Source: Malacoraja senta (lineage: Eukaryota). Taken from it: 64,000 nt of DNA. This document shows positions 23,033 through 34,644 of this stretch, piece after piece. Below the pieces are notes generated by a model that was not told the origin of the DNA, searched no databases, and saw only the letters and a list, made by a program, of their open reading frames with translations. Location: assembly GCA_038087875.1 (NCBI GenBank), contig CM075991.1, forward strand, positions 13,206,001-13,270,000. The letters are read 5' to 3'. The stretch's first letter is position 1; each line of letters begins with the position of its first letter. A program made the position numbers and the translations under genes.

Positions 23033-23400
23033 ATAGTAAGATTAAATGAGAACTTACCAGTTTGAAGTTTGATCTTTATTTTATGAGGGGTTACGTTGAG
23101 GGATTACGTGAAGAACCCGCCAGCACGCAAATCTTCAAAGCAGCGGTGTGAAATCACAGATGACAGTTGGTGAACTGAATATAGTAAGATTAGAGAACTA
23201 GCATACCAGCTGACCTTTATGATAGAGGGTTGGGAGTGGAGGGCACGTAATCCCACAACGTAACGCCTCATAAAATAAAGATCAAACTTCTAACGGGTAA
23301 GTTCTTGTTTAATCTTACTATTTTACTTCTGACTCACGTGAGTGACTACGTGAAGATTTCAAAGCTCTGTGATTTCATGCCGTGGAACGAGTCCATGCGT
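23033..23400. mobile_element. Palindromic element, DIRS-like terminal remnant
   Basis: ~75-bp inverted repeats (23033-23110 and 23245-23321), with internal partial copies of the terminal motifs (atagtaagatta, tacgtgaaga). Confidence 0.5.
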
Positions 23401-23489
23401 CACACACTGTAATAACTGACCAAGGAGGAGTAACTAGAATGCATTCAGACATGACATGGTTATTTGAACATGCTGATGCTTTATTAAGC

Positions 23490-23935
23490 GTCTGTCCCAA
23501 CTGTCATATGCTGAGAGAATGGAGCGGCTGGGCTTATATACTCTGGAGTTTAGAAGGTTGAGAGGGGATCTTATTGAAACACATAAGATTATTAAGGGTT
23601 TGGATACGCTAGAGGCAGGAAACATGTTCCCGATGTTGGGGGAGTCCAGAACCAGGGGCAACAGTTTAAGAATAAGGAGTAAGCCATTTAGAACAGAGAT
23701 GGGGAAACCCTTTTTCACAGAGTTGAGAGTCTGTGGAATTCTCTGCCTCAGAGGGCGGTGGAGGCCGGTTCTCTGGATACTTTCAAGAGAGAGATAGATA
23801 GGGCTCTTAAAGATAGCGGAGTCAAAGGATATGGGGAGAAGGCAGGAACGGGGTACTGATTGGGGATGATCAGCCATGATCACATTGAATGGCGGTGCTG
23901 GCTCGAAGGGCCGAATGGCCTCCTCCTGCACCTAT
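23490..23935 (+). mobile_element. CR1-clade LINE 3' fragment
   Basis: RLGLYTLEFRRLRGDLIETHKI..SRTRG, with the same 3' UTR as the element at 44042-46793. Confidence 0.88.
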
Positions 23936-24118
23936 TTTTTAATGTATCTGTGTACTTTCACCTCTCACCTTTCTCTGCCCTTTGATTTGTTTTAGGTTTG
24001 CAAACCAATGATAGCTGTTGAGTTGCTGGTGTTAAGCAAGTGGGTGAACGTGATTGAGTGTTCTGCTCAGCGATGCTCTTGACCAAAGATCACAGAGCTC
24101 ATATAATCTTTGCTCTTG

Positions 24119-24247
24119 TTCAAGAGGGAACTCCAGATGCTGGAAAATCGAAGGTAGACAAAATTGCTGGGGAAACCCAGCGGGTGCCGCAGCATCTATG
24201 GAGCGAAGGAAATAGGCGACGTTTCGGGCCGAAACCCTTCTTCAGAC
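24119..24247 (-). mobile_element. Penelope-derived mini-element with hammerhead-like motif, just upstream of PURB
   Basis: Matches 2675-2770. TSD taatc(t/a)ttgctcttg at 24104-24118 and 24248-24262. Confidence 0.8.
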
Positions 24248-24310
24248 TAATCATTGCTCTTGACTCTTCCCGCCAACGGTGCGGCCCATGCGCGCGCCCG
24301 CCTCTCTCGC

Positions 24311-24378
24311 GCCGTGCGTGACGTGCGCACCCACTGCCGTGCGTGACGTGCGCACCCACTGCCGTGCGTGACGTGCGC
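24311..24378 (+). repeat. 25-bp tandem repeat (2.7 copies) in the PURB CpG island
   Basis: gccgtgcgtgacgtgcgcacccact at 24311, 24336 and, partially, 24361. Confidence 0.95.
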
Positions 24379-24474
24379 GGCGCCCCCCCCCCCCCCAGCC
24401 GTGGGCTGGGGAGATCTCGCGAGGAGCGGCTCCGCTCGGACGGACGGTCGGAGAGGGAAGGCTGGTGGCTCAAG

Positions 24475-25353
24475 ATGGCGGAGGGCGACAGCGGGAGCGA
24501 GCGAGGCGGCGGTGGTGGAGGCGGCGGCGGCGGGGGAGGAGGAGGCGGCGGCGGGGGAGGCGGCCTCTTGCTGCAGCAACAGCAGCAGGAGACTCAGGAG
24601 CTGGCCTCCAAGCGGGTGGACATCCAGAACAAGCGCTTCTACCTGGACGTGAAGCAGAACGCCAAGGGCCGCTTCATCAAGATCGCCGAGGTGGGCGCGG
24701 GAGGCAACAAGAGCCGGCTCACGCTCTCCATGGCGGTGGCGGCCGAGTTCCGCGACTACCTGGGCGACTTCATCGAGCACTACGCGCAGCTCGGCCCGTC
24801 GGACACGGACTCGGCCGCCGGCCTGGGCTCAGACGAGCCGCGGCGAGCGCTCAAGAGCGAGTTCCTGGTGAGGGAGAACCGCAAGTACTACATGGACCTG
24901 AAGGAGAACCAGCGCGGCCGCTTCCTGCGCATCCGCCAGACCTTAAATCGAGGCCCCGGCTTAGGGGGGACGCAAGGCCAGACCATCGCCCTGCCGGCGC
25001 AAGGCCTGATCGAGTTCAGGGACGCGCTGGCCAAGCTGATCGACGACTACGGCGTGGACGACGAGCCGTGCGGCCAGGCCGAGCTGCCCGAGGGCACGTC
25101 CATCACTGTGGACAGCAAGCGCTTCTTCTTCGATGTGGGCTCCAACAAGTACGGCGTGTTCATGCGGGTGAGCGAGGTGAAGCCGTCGTACAGAAACTCC
25201 ATCACCATCCCGTACAAAGCCTGGTCCAAGTTTGGCAGCGCCTTCAGTAAGTACGCCGAGGAGATGAAGGAGATCCAGGACAAGCATCGGGACAAGATGC
25301 TCTTCGAGAGGCGAGCCGACGAATCGGATGGGGAAGATGTGGACGACGATTGA
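24475..25353 (+). CDS. PURB: Transcriptional regulator Pur-beta, intronless, 292 aa
   Basis: Three PUR repeats. PURB-type residues: [35 protein letters not shown] and the C-terminal [11 protein letters not shown]. 20-Gly tract. ATG in aagATGg context. Confidence 0.95.
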   Translation: MAEGDSGSERGGGGGGGGGGGGGGGGGGGGLLLQQQQQETQELASKRVDIQNKRFYLDVKQNAKGRFIKIAEVGAGGNKSRLTLSMAVAAEFRDYLGDFIEHYAQLGPSDTDSAAGLGSDEPRRALKSEFLVRENRKYYMDLKENQRGRFLRIRQTLNRGPGLGGTQGQTIALPAQGLIEFRDALAKLIDDYGVDDEPCGQAELPEGTSITVDSKRFFFDVGSNKYGVFMRVSEVKPSYRNSITIPYKAWSKFGSAFSKYAEEMKEIQDKHRDKMLFERRADESDGEDVDDD

Positions 25354-28300
25354 AGCTATTCAGTAAGAGAAGAAGAAACAAAAAAAAAAAGAAAATAAGA
25401 GCAAATTGTGTCGATTGAGAAGTTTAAAAAAATAACGAGTAAATTGGTGTGTCGATTGCAAAGAAAGACGTTTTAAAAATCTTTAAAAAGAACAAATTGG
25501 GTCGATTGCAAAGAAGATTTACAAAAATAAAACCTCGAGAAAATGTTTTGAATAGTATTTTTTGGGAAACGCAGTTACATAAGTGAAAATGCATCTTCTG
25601 AGGAGTGGAAACGACTTGCATTGGTATATGTATGCAAATTTGTGAAGGGAAAGAAATGGAGCAAGTTCTTCTGGAAGATGTTGGATGGACGATTCATTGC
25701 GAAATACACACTGTTATTTGTGGAAAAGCGTCGTATCACTGAACCATCAGCAATTCAGAAAAGAAAAGATTTGTTGGCACAACCAAAAGTTTTACAGGAA
25801 GAGAAAGAAGCTACAAACATCCACCTGGAGAGCCACCATCAAGGCACTGAAGCCAGCAACACTTCAAAAAAGTTCTTTTCGTATATTTAAAAAGTTCTTA
25901 TGGAAGTTTTTTTAATTATTTTAAATACTGGACAATCAAGAGTCATTTTTAAAATTTGTTTTCATTCTAAATATTTCAAATATATTTGATAAAACTGTCG
26001 TTTCTGATGTAGAAAATTAATGTTTTTAAATAGAAACAAATGAAGGCTTGACTTATTCAATAGCAGAATACAGTGCTAGTTTCACATGAAATCTACTGCC
26101 AGGGTTTGCATACAGATTGACTGCAACTCATCCATTTGAAAGTAATGTCCCATTTTGTTTTGTTTAGCTGTAGTGCATTCCCCCCCCCCCCCCAGTATTT
26201 TTGGCAGTGTTATGTGCATCCTGTAATCTCATTGCAGTATAAATCATCAGCAGAAATTCTGCCAGTGTGAACTTGTTACCCTGTAGTAGAGACTGCTTGT
26301 AACTAGCCCCGGTGCTATTATCGACAACAAATGACATGTCGAGCCTTGTTAAGAGATGCTCAATGGAGTGTTTCTGTTTTACTTTTATTTTAAGTCAGTT
26401 ATCCACGACGTACGATCTGACTTTTCCAGACTTGAGAATGTGCATTTGCTTTTAAGTAGAATAATTGTATAAAAAAATTCACAATGAACCACAATTTCCC
26501 AAGAAACATTATTTATGTACACAAAATTGTTAGCTATTGGGCAGAATAGATGAGAACTAAAATTATTAACCTAACAAACACCGGCACTAAGGAAAAGGGT
26601 CGTACAGCTCTGCTGTTTTTTTCCATTTAAGTCGTGCAGGAATTTAGGCTTTTAATGTTATTTTTTTAAGCTGTCTATTTATTTATTAGAAACAGTAATT
26701 ATATTTTGCAGTATTTTCCCCTCTAAAGGCTCCGGACTGTGCTATTAGAGCAAATAACAAGCATTTTCCTGCCGATTGACCCAAGTAGCCGGTGAGTCTG
26801 ATATAAACATTCAATACACATTTGAAAATTATTGAATTATATGTGCGTCCATTATAGACCACTCATTATTCTTTATCCACAATTTAATTTTATGCCGTTC
26901 AATATACCCCTACATGAGCTGTCAAAGTTGTGACGTGTTATTCAATTGTGTTTAAACTGAGTCGGGTGGGGAAGGGGATGGTGTTGGTGCATTAAAGGGG
27001 AGGAATTAAAGCCAGGATGTTCAGATATCACTTTTGCAATCAAACAGCTTTCAGTTTGAATGTATGCTGATGTAAACAATATCTGGACTGAAAAAAATAA
27101 GTAACGTCTTGTCAGCTAGCATTCAAGGATAACTGGGAGAAGCTGCTAGGCAAATATTGTTTGTGTGTATAGATATATAATTCTGGTGTGGATGGGAATA
27201 TCTCCACCAGATACGGTCCTTTACACTTTGCATATTTTGGTTTTGTGTGCTATTAAATTCATGGGTGAAGGAAAATGAGAAAGTAGATTGGAGTCTTCAT
27301 AACCTGGTTGTGGCTTGTAAATTACATGAGATAGTATGCAACTTCTAAGCTGTATAAAATGTCACCTGTGTTGAGCATAGCAATCCACACCTGTTTGGAG
27401 TTGTTTCAATGTGCTGTAAGAGTTGGCTGGTTCAAACATGATTAGTTGGGTCGATGAAATAGACTCTTGATGTAAGGAGGAAATTTAGCGGAGAGCTTTG
27501 GAATACAAAACATGCAGCTTGGTAATCTTTGTTCGAAGGAGAATTTTATAGCCAGTTTATTTGTTGAGTTTTCTGATTATCTGCTTATTCAGTGTGGTGT
27601 CTTTGTTTTAAAAACTTATTAGAAATTAAAATATACAAAGTGAAAGGTCCTGTTATTCTCCACAGTGAAGAAAATATTTCTGGAGGCATGGTGCAGTGCC
27701 TCAATAACTTTGAAATGGGTTTTGAGTGTTTCCATGTGACAGTAATGCTGCTGTTCCTTGCAGTCTTTATCACTTTGCTGTGATTGCAAATGTGAACAAA
27801 TATTTTAATTCTTCACTGTCGATAATTAATTTTAAAAAGGCTTTTGTTAATGTTGAGTTTTTAACTTCGTCCTGCTTTTGTACACACGTATAGGATATTT
27901 TTTACAAATTAATGTAGATTCATTTTAAGGTCTTTTGTAAATTAAGACTTGCTGACAATTGAGCCTTTTGGCTTTTTTCTCCATCGTGGCTAATGATTTG
28001 CAAGGCAATCAAGCCAGTTTGATAACATTCCATGTTTTTTTAGGCATTGCCATGTTATAGGTGCTGCAAGAACAGATACAGGCAAGCATGAGGTTTGAAA
28101 TCCTTGCTTGTTTTAGTCGATGCAACCAAAAACATTCGTTGTTCTATTTTTTTTAAAGCAAAGAGCACTAACTGGGGAAATGAAAGCTTGGAGATTTATG
28201 ACGGGGGGAACTGGAGCTTTCCTGGACATGGCAAGGGAATACAATCAGAATCCAGTTCTTGATCTTCGTTTTATAATCTTTAGTATACATTGGACTTTGT

Positions 28301-31300
28301 ACAAACCTCTTTCCCAATTCCCAGTGAGTGACCATTCAGGCCATGTCTGCAGAAGTAGTAGGAACTGTAATTCTAGCACAGATGGGGTTGATCTTTTTTT
28401 GGAAGTGCTGTTTTGACCTCAGGTCAACGTGGCTGCATAGAAATAGAATGGTTTGGGCTTATCTGCTTTCAGGTGAAACCTATTCAATTTGCTGACTCAC
28501 GGGCCATCAGGCAAAGCATTTAGTTTGAGAAGTTCAGTTTGAAGGATATTAAATTTACTATGATGCGAAGTAATTCCAGAAAGAAACCTTCTGGTTAGCT
28601 GTGGGACTTGCAGAGAGAAACTTGACTATTTCTCATTTGTCCCACTTCCAGTACAGACCAGTTCAGACGTCATGCACAGTTCAGAACATTAACTGAACTT
28701 CCATGGTCCAGATATTGCAAGTTAGCAATTAAATCTGATTAAGTCCTAAACTGTGTGGAAACAAAGCAGAATTAAGTTATGTCTCTCATTAGACAAACCT
28801 TTACAGAATCCCATTTATGATTTGAGGGAGGGTGGTGATGAGGTAGGTGGGGGGGGGGGGGGGGACTAATGAATCTTGTAGATATATGTACGTAAACCAA
28901 GTGAAGAGAGCTGCAGTTTAAATTACTGTATTTCAGTAATACTGTAGTCCTCGTACTGAGAAACTAATGTATAGAAAAGGCTTTTGTGGTTATTGATGTT
29001 TCCCAGTCTTGATGGGATAGCGTGCTTTCAATGTAAACTGAACTTATAAACAGAAAGAGGCCATTGCCTTTGGACACCAAAGTGGCCCCTGTTCAGTAAC
29101 TGGACTTGATGTAGAGCTCTCCAACCTGGTGCTTTGTTGTTTTGAATGCTCAAAATCTACAGCCATTTTATTATGTTAATGAAGATACATTTTCCATAGG
29201 TTGTTTAGAATAAAAGGAAGTTGAAGTTATTAATGCAAAATGTTGAAAATATAAAGTTGATTTGAAAGAAGCTAATCATTTCAGCTGTCCTTGCCAACAT
29301 GTACTTTGTGCATTTATGGTTTGGGCAGAGCACTGAAATGAGAATTCTTCTGATTAAGATTGCTTTCCATTTCCCGAAGTTATTTTATTTTAACTCCTGT
29401 GTAAGATTTTCTAGACAGGTTTTTGTATTTAAGTTCACTCGGTTTTGTGTGCTCATCAGGTTGTGATTTGACAGGGAGGAGCCTCTTTTAGTTGTAGTGG
29501 TATGGCCAATCTCATGACAGTAATGATATGACCTCTGGCCAATGCAGTATATTATTTCTCATTAAGACTGCATAGACATTCTTCCATACCTTTTGGGGAT
29601 GAGATTCTGTTTGCAGATGGCTGGTCTAGTGACTTGAACAAATAAATACACTCTAGTCGATACTAACACCAACTGGTGCTTCCATTCAATATTTGCCTCT
29701 GATAAACATTTGATTTCTTTTTGGGTGCTCTGCAAGAGAGCAGAGATTTAGAATTTACTCACACTGCTCTTAATGCCTCAACCATTTGGCATTATTACTA
29801 AGCAATGGCACAGGCAGTTTGTCGTGCTGTCCAGTGGTTTCTTTAATGAAGTAAGCTTTTACCCACATTCATTAAAATTGATTATGAAGTTCAAGCTTGT
29901 AATTTTATGCTGAATTTTGACATGTGGAAAGGCATCAGTATGTATAAGTGGATTCATAGCCTATCAATGAAAAATATAAACTATATTCTATAATTCAATT
30001 CTAGATTTTTTTTAATTAAAACTGATATTCTTTGTTTCAATTTATTATTCAACTAGTTTTTATGTTTTTTTCTTTTTCTATTTCAAGTATCTCATTGTTA
30101 ACTAGCTTAAACCCAATTAGCCCGTTCCTTCTGAAAATTTCCTCTAAACAGTTACAAGGTTTGATAGACCAGCTCCACTCTCTTTGGAATTTGTATCCAT
30201 CAGTTACATTTTGTTTGACCTTTGTTACTGAGGATTTGGTTAGAATCATATGTGTGGACCAATATGCTGCTGCACTGTGAGTGTATGGACAGATAGTGAT
30301 TGTGATATCTGGCATAGTCCCTGAAAGCCTTGTAGCTGGTACTCAATGGTTGATCATTGGAAGGATTTGTGTGAGCTAGTAACTGAAATCTCTTGCCCTG
30401 CAGTATTTTAATTTCAATCTGTACAAGGTGGCAATTCAGTATATTTGTTCACTGCCTTATTTAGGGTTAAGACTCTGGTGTCTGGTGATCTCAATTTTAG
30501 CCATCTACTCTTTGAGGATACTCATCCTTGGTGCTCCAATTCCTTCCCATTGCATTGGTCTGTCATAATCATGTTTTACAATAGAAAAAATAAATAACCC
30601 AGAGTCCAGAAGCCGCCTTGGTACTTTGGAGCACTTTCCCACTCATGGATTTCTAACAGCTCATTGTGTAAATTAGTTTCCCCTTTTCCCAGGATCATTC
30701 CCACATAGGCAATTGGTACAAACATCCAGTGCTCATTCTTACTCATAATATCGGGACAGCTCATTTAAATCATAACTTGCTTGTATATGGCATCAAAGTA
30801 AAACAAATTATATGTTAGCAGTCAGTAAATTGTTAAAAGAATTAAAGTCTTAGGAACAGCTGGGGACAGCGATCCTCGTTCTTGACGAACAGTAAATCTG
30901 CATAGTTAATGGTTATGTCTTAATTTTGTGATTAACACTGATAGGAAGGGGGGCACGTTAGTCATGGAAGCAGATGAGTAACAAACTTAACTGTTTTGCA
31001 TGGCATGGCCAGAAACCTTCTCAGCATTTGAAAGTAGTCAATACCGTTCAAATTTCGAGGTCTTCTATTGTCATGCTGGCATAGCACGATGTCCCGAGTT
31101 TTCTGGGGCCTACCCAGCTGAGATGGTTTTGTAAAGCTGTGTGCCTAGCTACCTCTCTGATTTCCTTACGTATTTCACTTGAACGAAATGTACAGTCGCA
31201 TCTGCTTGTATTGTTTTGCCACGTACATTAGACTCAGACTAATGCAGTTAAATTAGTGGCAAGATTTGTGAAAAGTCAATAGTTGCTTGGTGACAAAAAT

Positions 31301-32262
31301 GATGAATATCTGCATAATATAGTTAAATATATTTACTGTGAGTCTTTTATATATTTTTTGTTTAAATTGAGTTTGTAACCCACCTCTGATCATTACATGA
31401 TGTATTGATGGCCCATTTACTTAAAGGTCAAGGAAAGGGCAGATGCATATTTAACAAGTTAGGATGAAACACCAATGATTGAAAACCTTGCTTTGTAAGT
31501 GGAATAATATTGTCTGCTTTACTGACAATTTTGAAATGTTGATATTTAGAAAAAGGATAACATCATGGCCTTTTTAAAAATGAATTGCTAATTTTGACAA
31601 TCAGCAAGCCAAGCATATTTGTTTTTTTGGTACCTGTCCGCTACCCACTGGTACTCCAGGAGCAAGTGCGTCATTGTAGAAGGGCCACTAATGGTTGGCT
31701 GCCCTCTTACTCCAACTCTAGCTCTGCAAGTTGGTTGAATAACCAGAACCTGTCTTCATTCTCTAACAGCATAATGCCAGAGTGTCCAATCTTCCAGGAG
31801 GTTAACAAGCTCTGGGTTATCTGCTAGAAGTCATGTTCATTGGGTTTAATTGTCCACATCGGATTTCTTGCTGAACAAAGTGATTTCATCTATGGGAATA
31901 TTTTTGAATAAATAATGCCTAGGGCTTGAGAGGGTAGAATTCAGGTTGGGTTCCTATGTAAGTGAATATGGATGTCGGGAGAAGCCAATATTGGATTTTG
32001 GCTGGTGTTTATCTGAAAAACAGGAAATTGGGTAACTTACAGATGCTAAATCAAGAACCATAGAAACTGTGTTCCTGTCATATGGAAGGGAGAGGATTGA
32101 ATGCCCGGGAAAGACAGAATCTATAAATAGTTAGAACTCTAGCAATGTTCATGAAATTAATTATCTTTTAACTAAAAGTAACAATCTGCAATCACTTAAT
32201 TACTTGATTTTTGTTTCAGTAGATAAAGACCATAACATTTAAAGGAAACTCCTTTCACCGGG

Positions 32263-32301
<39 letters not shown>

Positions 32302-34350
32302 TGTGTGTGTTTTCTCACTATTAGATTTGTTGGAGAATCATGTTGCATATAAACTTCGATCAGTGAGTTTCAGTAGATTCATGTCCAACAATGGTTGTAT
32401 AAAATTCACTTGAGCTATTGGATTTGGATGGCTGGCCCAATTTTTAGGCTCTTATTTGCAAGACTTTTGTTTAAACATAAAGGAAAAAACTTTTACTTGA
32501 CCTTTAAAATGGGCATTTTATCACTTAATCTTTAAAACACTAGTAGCTATAAAATTCTGTTTGCAAATATTTCAAGAAAACTAAACTTTGTTTTAACAAA
32601 ATTGCCTTTTAAGTTCTAACCTACTCCATGTTTTGTTTGCTTGTAATGTTTGAAGTGCCTACTGTGCTGAATGGGAAATTAGGCTTCCATAAAGCTTGGA
32701 TGCATAGAGGAGTAATAGGGCATCTTTATTTCTGTCAATTGCTTAGTTCTTGCACCCACTTTAGCTTAATGTAAAGAGATTGCTGCATTGAATAAGTATT
32801 TCTGGATTTGCTGTTCATGGTGTGGTAACTTACTCTAGTATGATTGAAAGCATGTGCAGAACCTGTTGCAACACAGTTGTTGGGAGAGTTTGGGGAGGGG
32901 TGTGATATAGGAGAAGGTCTCGTGGAATTAACAGTTTTCCTCTCGTATTTGGCATAATACAAAGTATACCACTGTTTAAACTATAGCCTGTTTGAAGCGA
33001 TTAGTTAAATAACAAATGGAAAATTTCCGGACTCGTATATTCCATGCTAAATGCAATTTGATGTATTTTCAAATCGGTTGGACAGTGAACAAGGGCAAGT
33101 TGCACTGTTGCTGCCCATTATTTTCACATTTGAACTTCAAATTGTATTTACAAATTAATCTTTCACAAACTGCAAATCATTTCACCTGACAAAATTTACT
33201 CCCATACCCCAAATTGCCAGAATTAACAGGCTCCTCCTATCTGCAGGAACTTTTTTCAAACACTAATGTGACCATCCAGATGAAAGCAGCTATTCTCTGA
33301 CTTGCATTGAGCGCCTTGCACTTTAATATAGCTCGTTCTAGTGTTGCGTCCCTCCTACATGCCGCCTACCGCACGTCCTGCCATTGGCTGCAGGGTGTCT
33401 CAACTTGCGTTATGCCAATAAACGTATCTGTGCACAGACAAACAATAAGAGCACAAGAGGGCAGAATAAAATAAAATTGCCCCCTGGTAGGGTAACTCAG
33501 GTGTGCAAGTGAACAGGCATCGTTTATAATGGGAGAAAGAAGTCCTGACGTACGAGCCTGTCTTTCCAGACAAATCTTTATTTTTTTACATGGAACATTG
33601 TTGAATTTGTGCAAAGTAAAATATATTATATTCCATTTGAAATTTAAATGATTATAAAATATCACTGCATTTTGAGGCTGAGGGGTATTACCAGGTGGAT
33701 AAACTTACATGAGTACCCTCCGTCACAAAATTTAGCACAGTGCAGTGAACCACAGTCTTAATGCACGGGTCCAGTAGACCAGGGCACTTGAGAATTAGGA
33801 CCTGACCAAGTTTGGTGGGAGATGGCTCGGGTAGCTTGAGTGGTTTGGCCTTTGCAAAGATGCCCTTGTTTAACAAGTGCCACTTATTTAAACAAACCCA
33901 TATGGTTTTAAAAATTAAGAGTCCCATTTTATTCCTGCATTTGATTGAAGTGGGAATAAAATTGATGAGATCCCATATCGCTTTAGATTACAATTTTGTC
34001 CAATTGGTATCTAATATTAGGTGGTCTTTATTTTGTTACAAATGGGTTTAAAGTAAAGAGAGTGAGTGATACCAAATTAAGCCTGTGACTTTCCAAAAAA
34101 GAAACCTTGTGGTTTTGATGTGTTGCCTCATAAAAATAAATCCTAAATTGAGCAGTGACTTGCTGTTTGTAAAGTGTATCTGAAGCGTATTGTGCATGAT
34201 GTTGCATGGGGAGTGCACAGATATTAATTCTGGGCTTGCACGCTGGTGTAAATGAGTGCTGCCTGTTGAACAGTGTGCAGTATTTATTCTCTAACTCAAG
34301 TTTTTGTTAACAATGATTCAACTTTATTTGTTACTAATAAAACCGGCATT
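25354..34350 (+). other. PURB: Probable long 3' UTR of PURB
   Basis: AT/U-rich with no recognisable transposon for ~9 kb. AATAAA at 34336-34341; repeats resume soon after. Confidence 0.6.
32264..32310. repeat. (GT)n microsatellite
   Basis: Direct reading. Confidence 0.95.
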
Positions 34351-34617
34351 ACAAAGGAAGTGTTTCATTTACACGTGTTCTGCTGAAACAATTTCATTGG
34401 GCATGGTGGTCTTGCACACGTATGAATCACTGGTTTAGAACATGCATCTCAACTTGGCACGATAATTGGTGGAGTAGTGCTGAGATAATATCCAACATTA
34501 AGGTTTCTTAGTATTCACTGAGCCCATTATAGATGCCATATATTTGCCAGATTTCACTTGGGCTGGAGTGCACATTGTCAAGAATTGATATGTTTGTCAA
34601 TCTAAGCACTGCACTCC

Positions 34618-34644
34618 TATATATATATATATATATATATATAT
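34618..34644. repeat. (TA)n microsatellite
   Basis: Direct reading. Confidence 0.95.

Noticed and set aside
24343-24474. 44-aa N-terminal extension of PURB in the ORF track
   Set aside because: It starts at a GTG inside the tandem repeat. Homology to PURB begins at ATG 24475.
24465-25250. 261-aa alternative-frame ORF and antisense ORFs over PURB
   Set aside because: GTG start, Arg/Gly/Ala-rich composition; the expected shadow of a high-GC3 coding sequence.
24475-25353. Calling the gene PURA
   Set aside because: Some residues are PURA-like, but the N-terminus, the C-terminus, [15 protein letters not shown] and the CKAP2L-IL1 synteny favour PURB.
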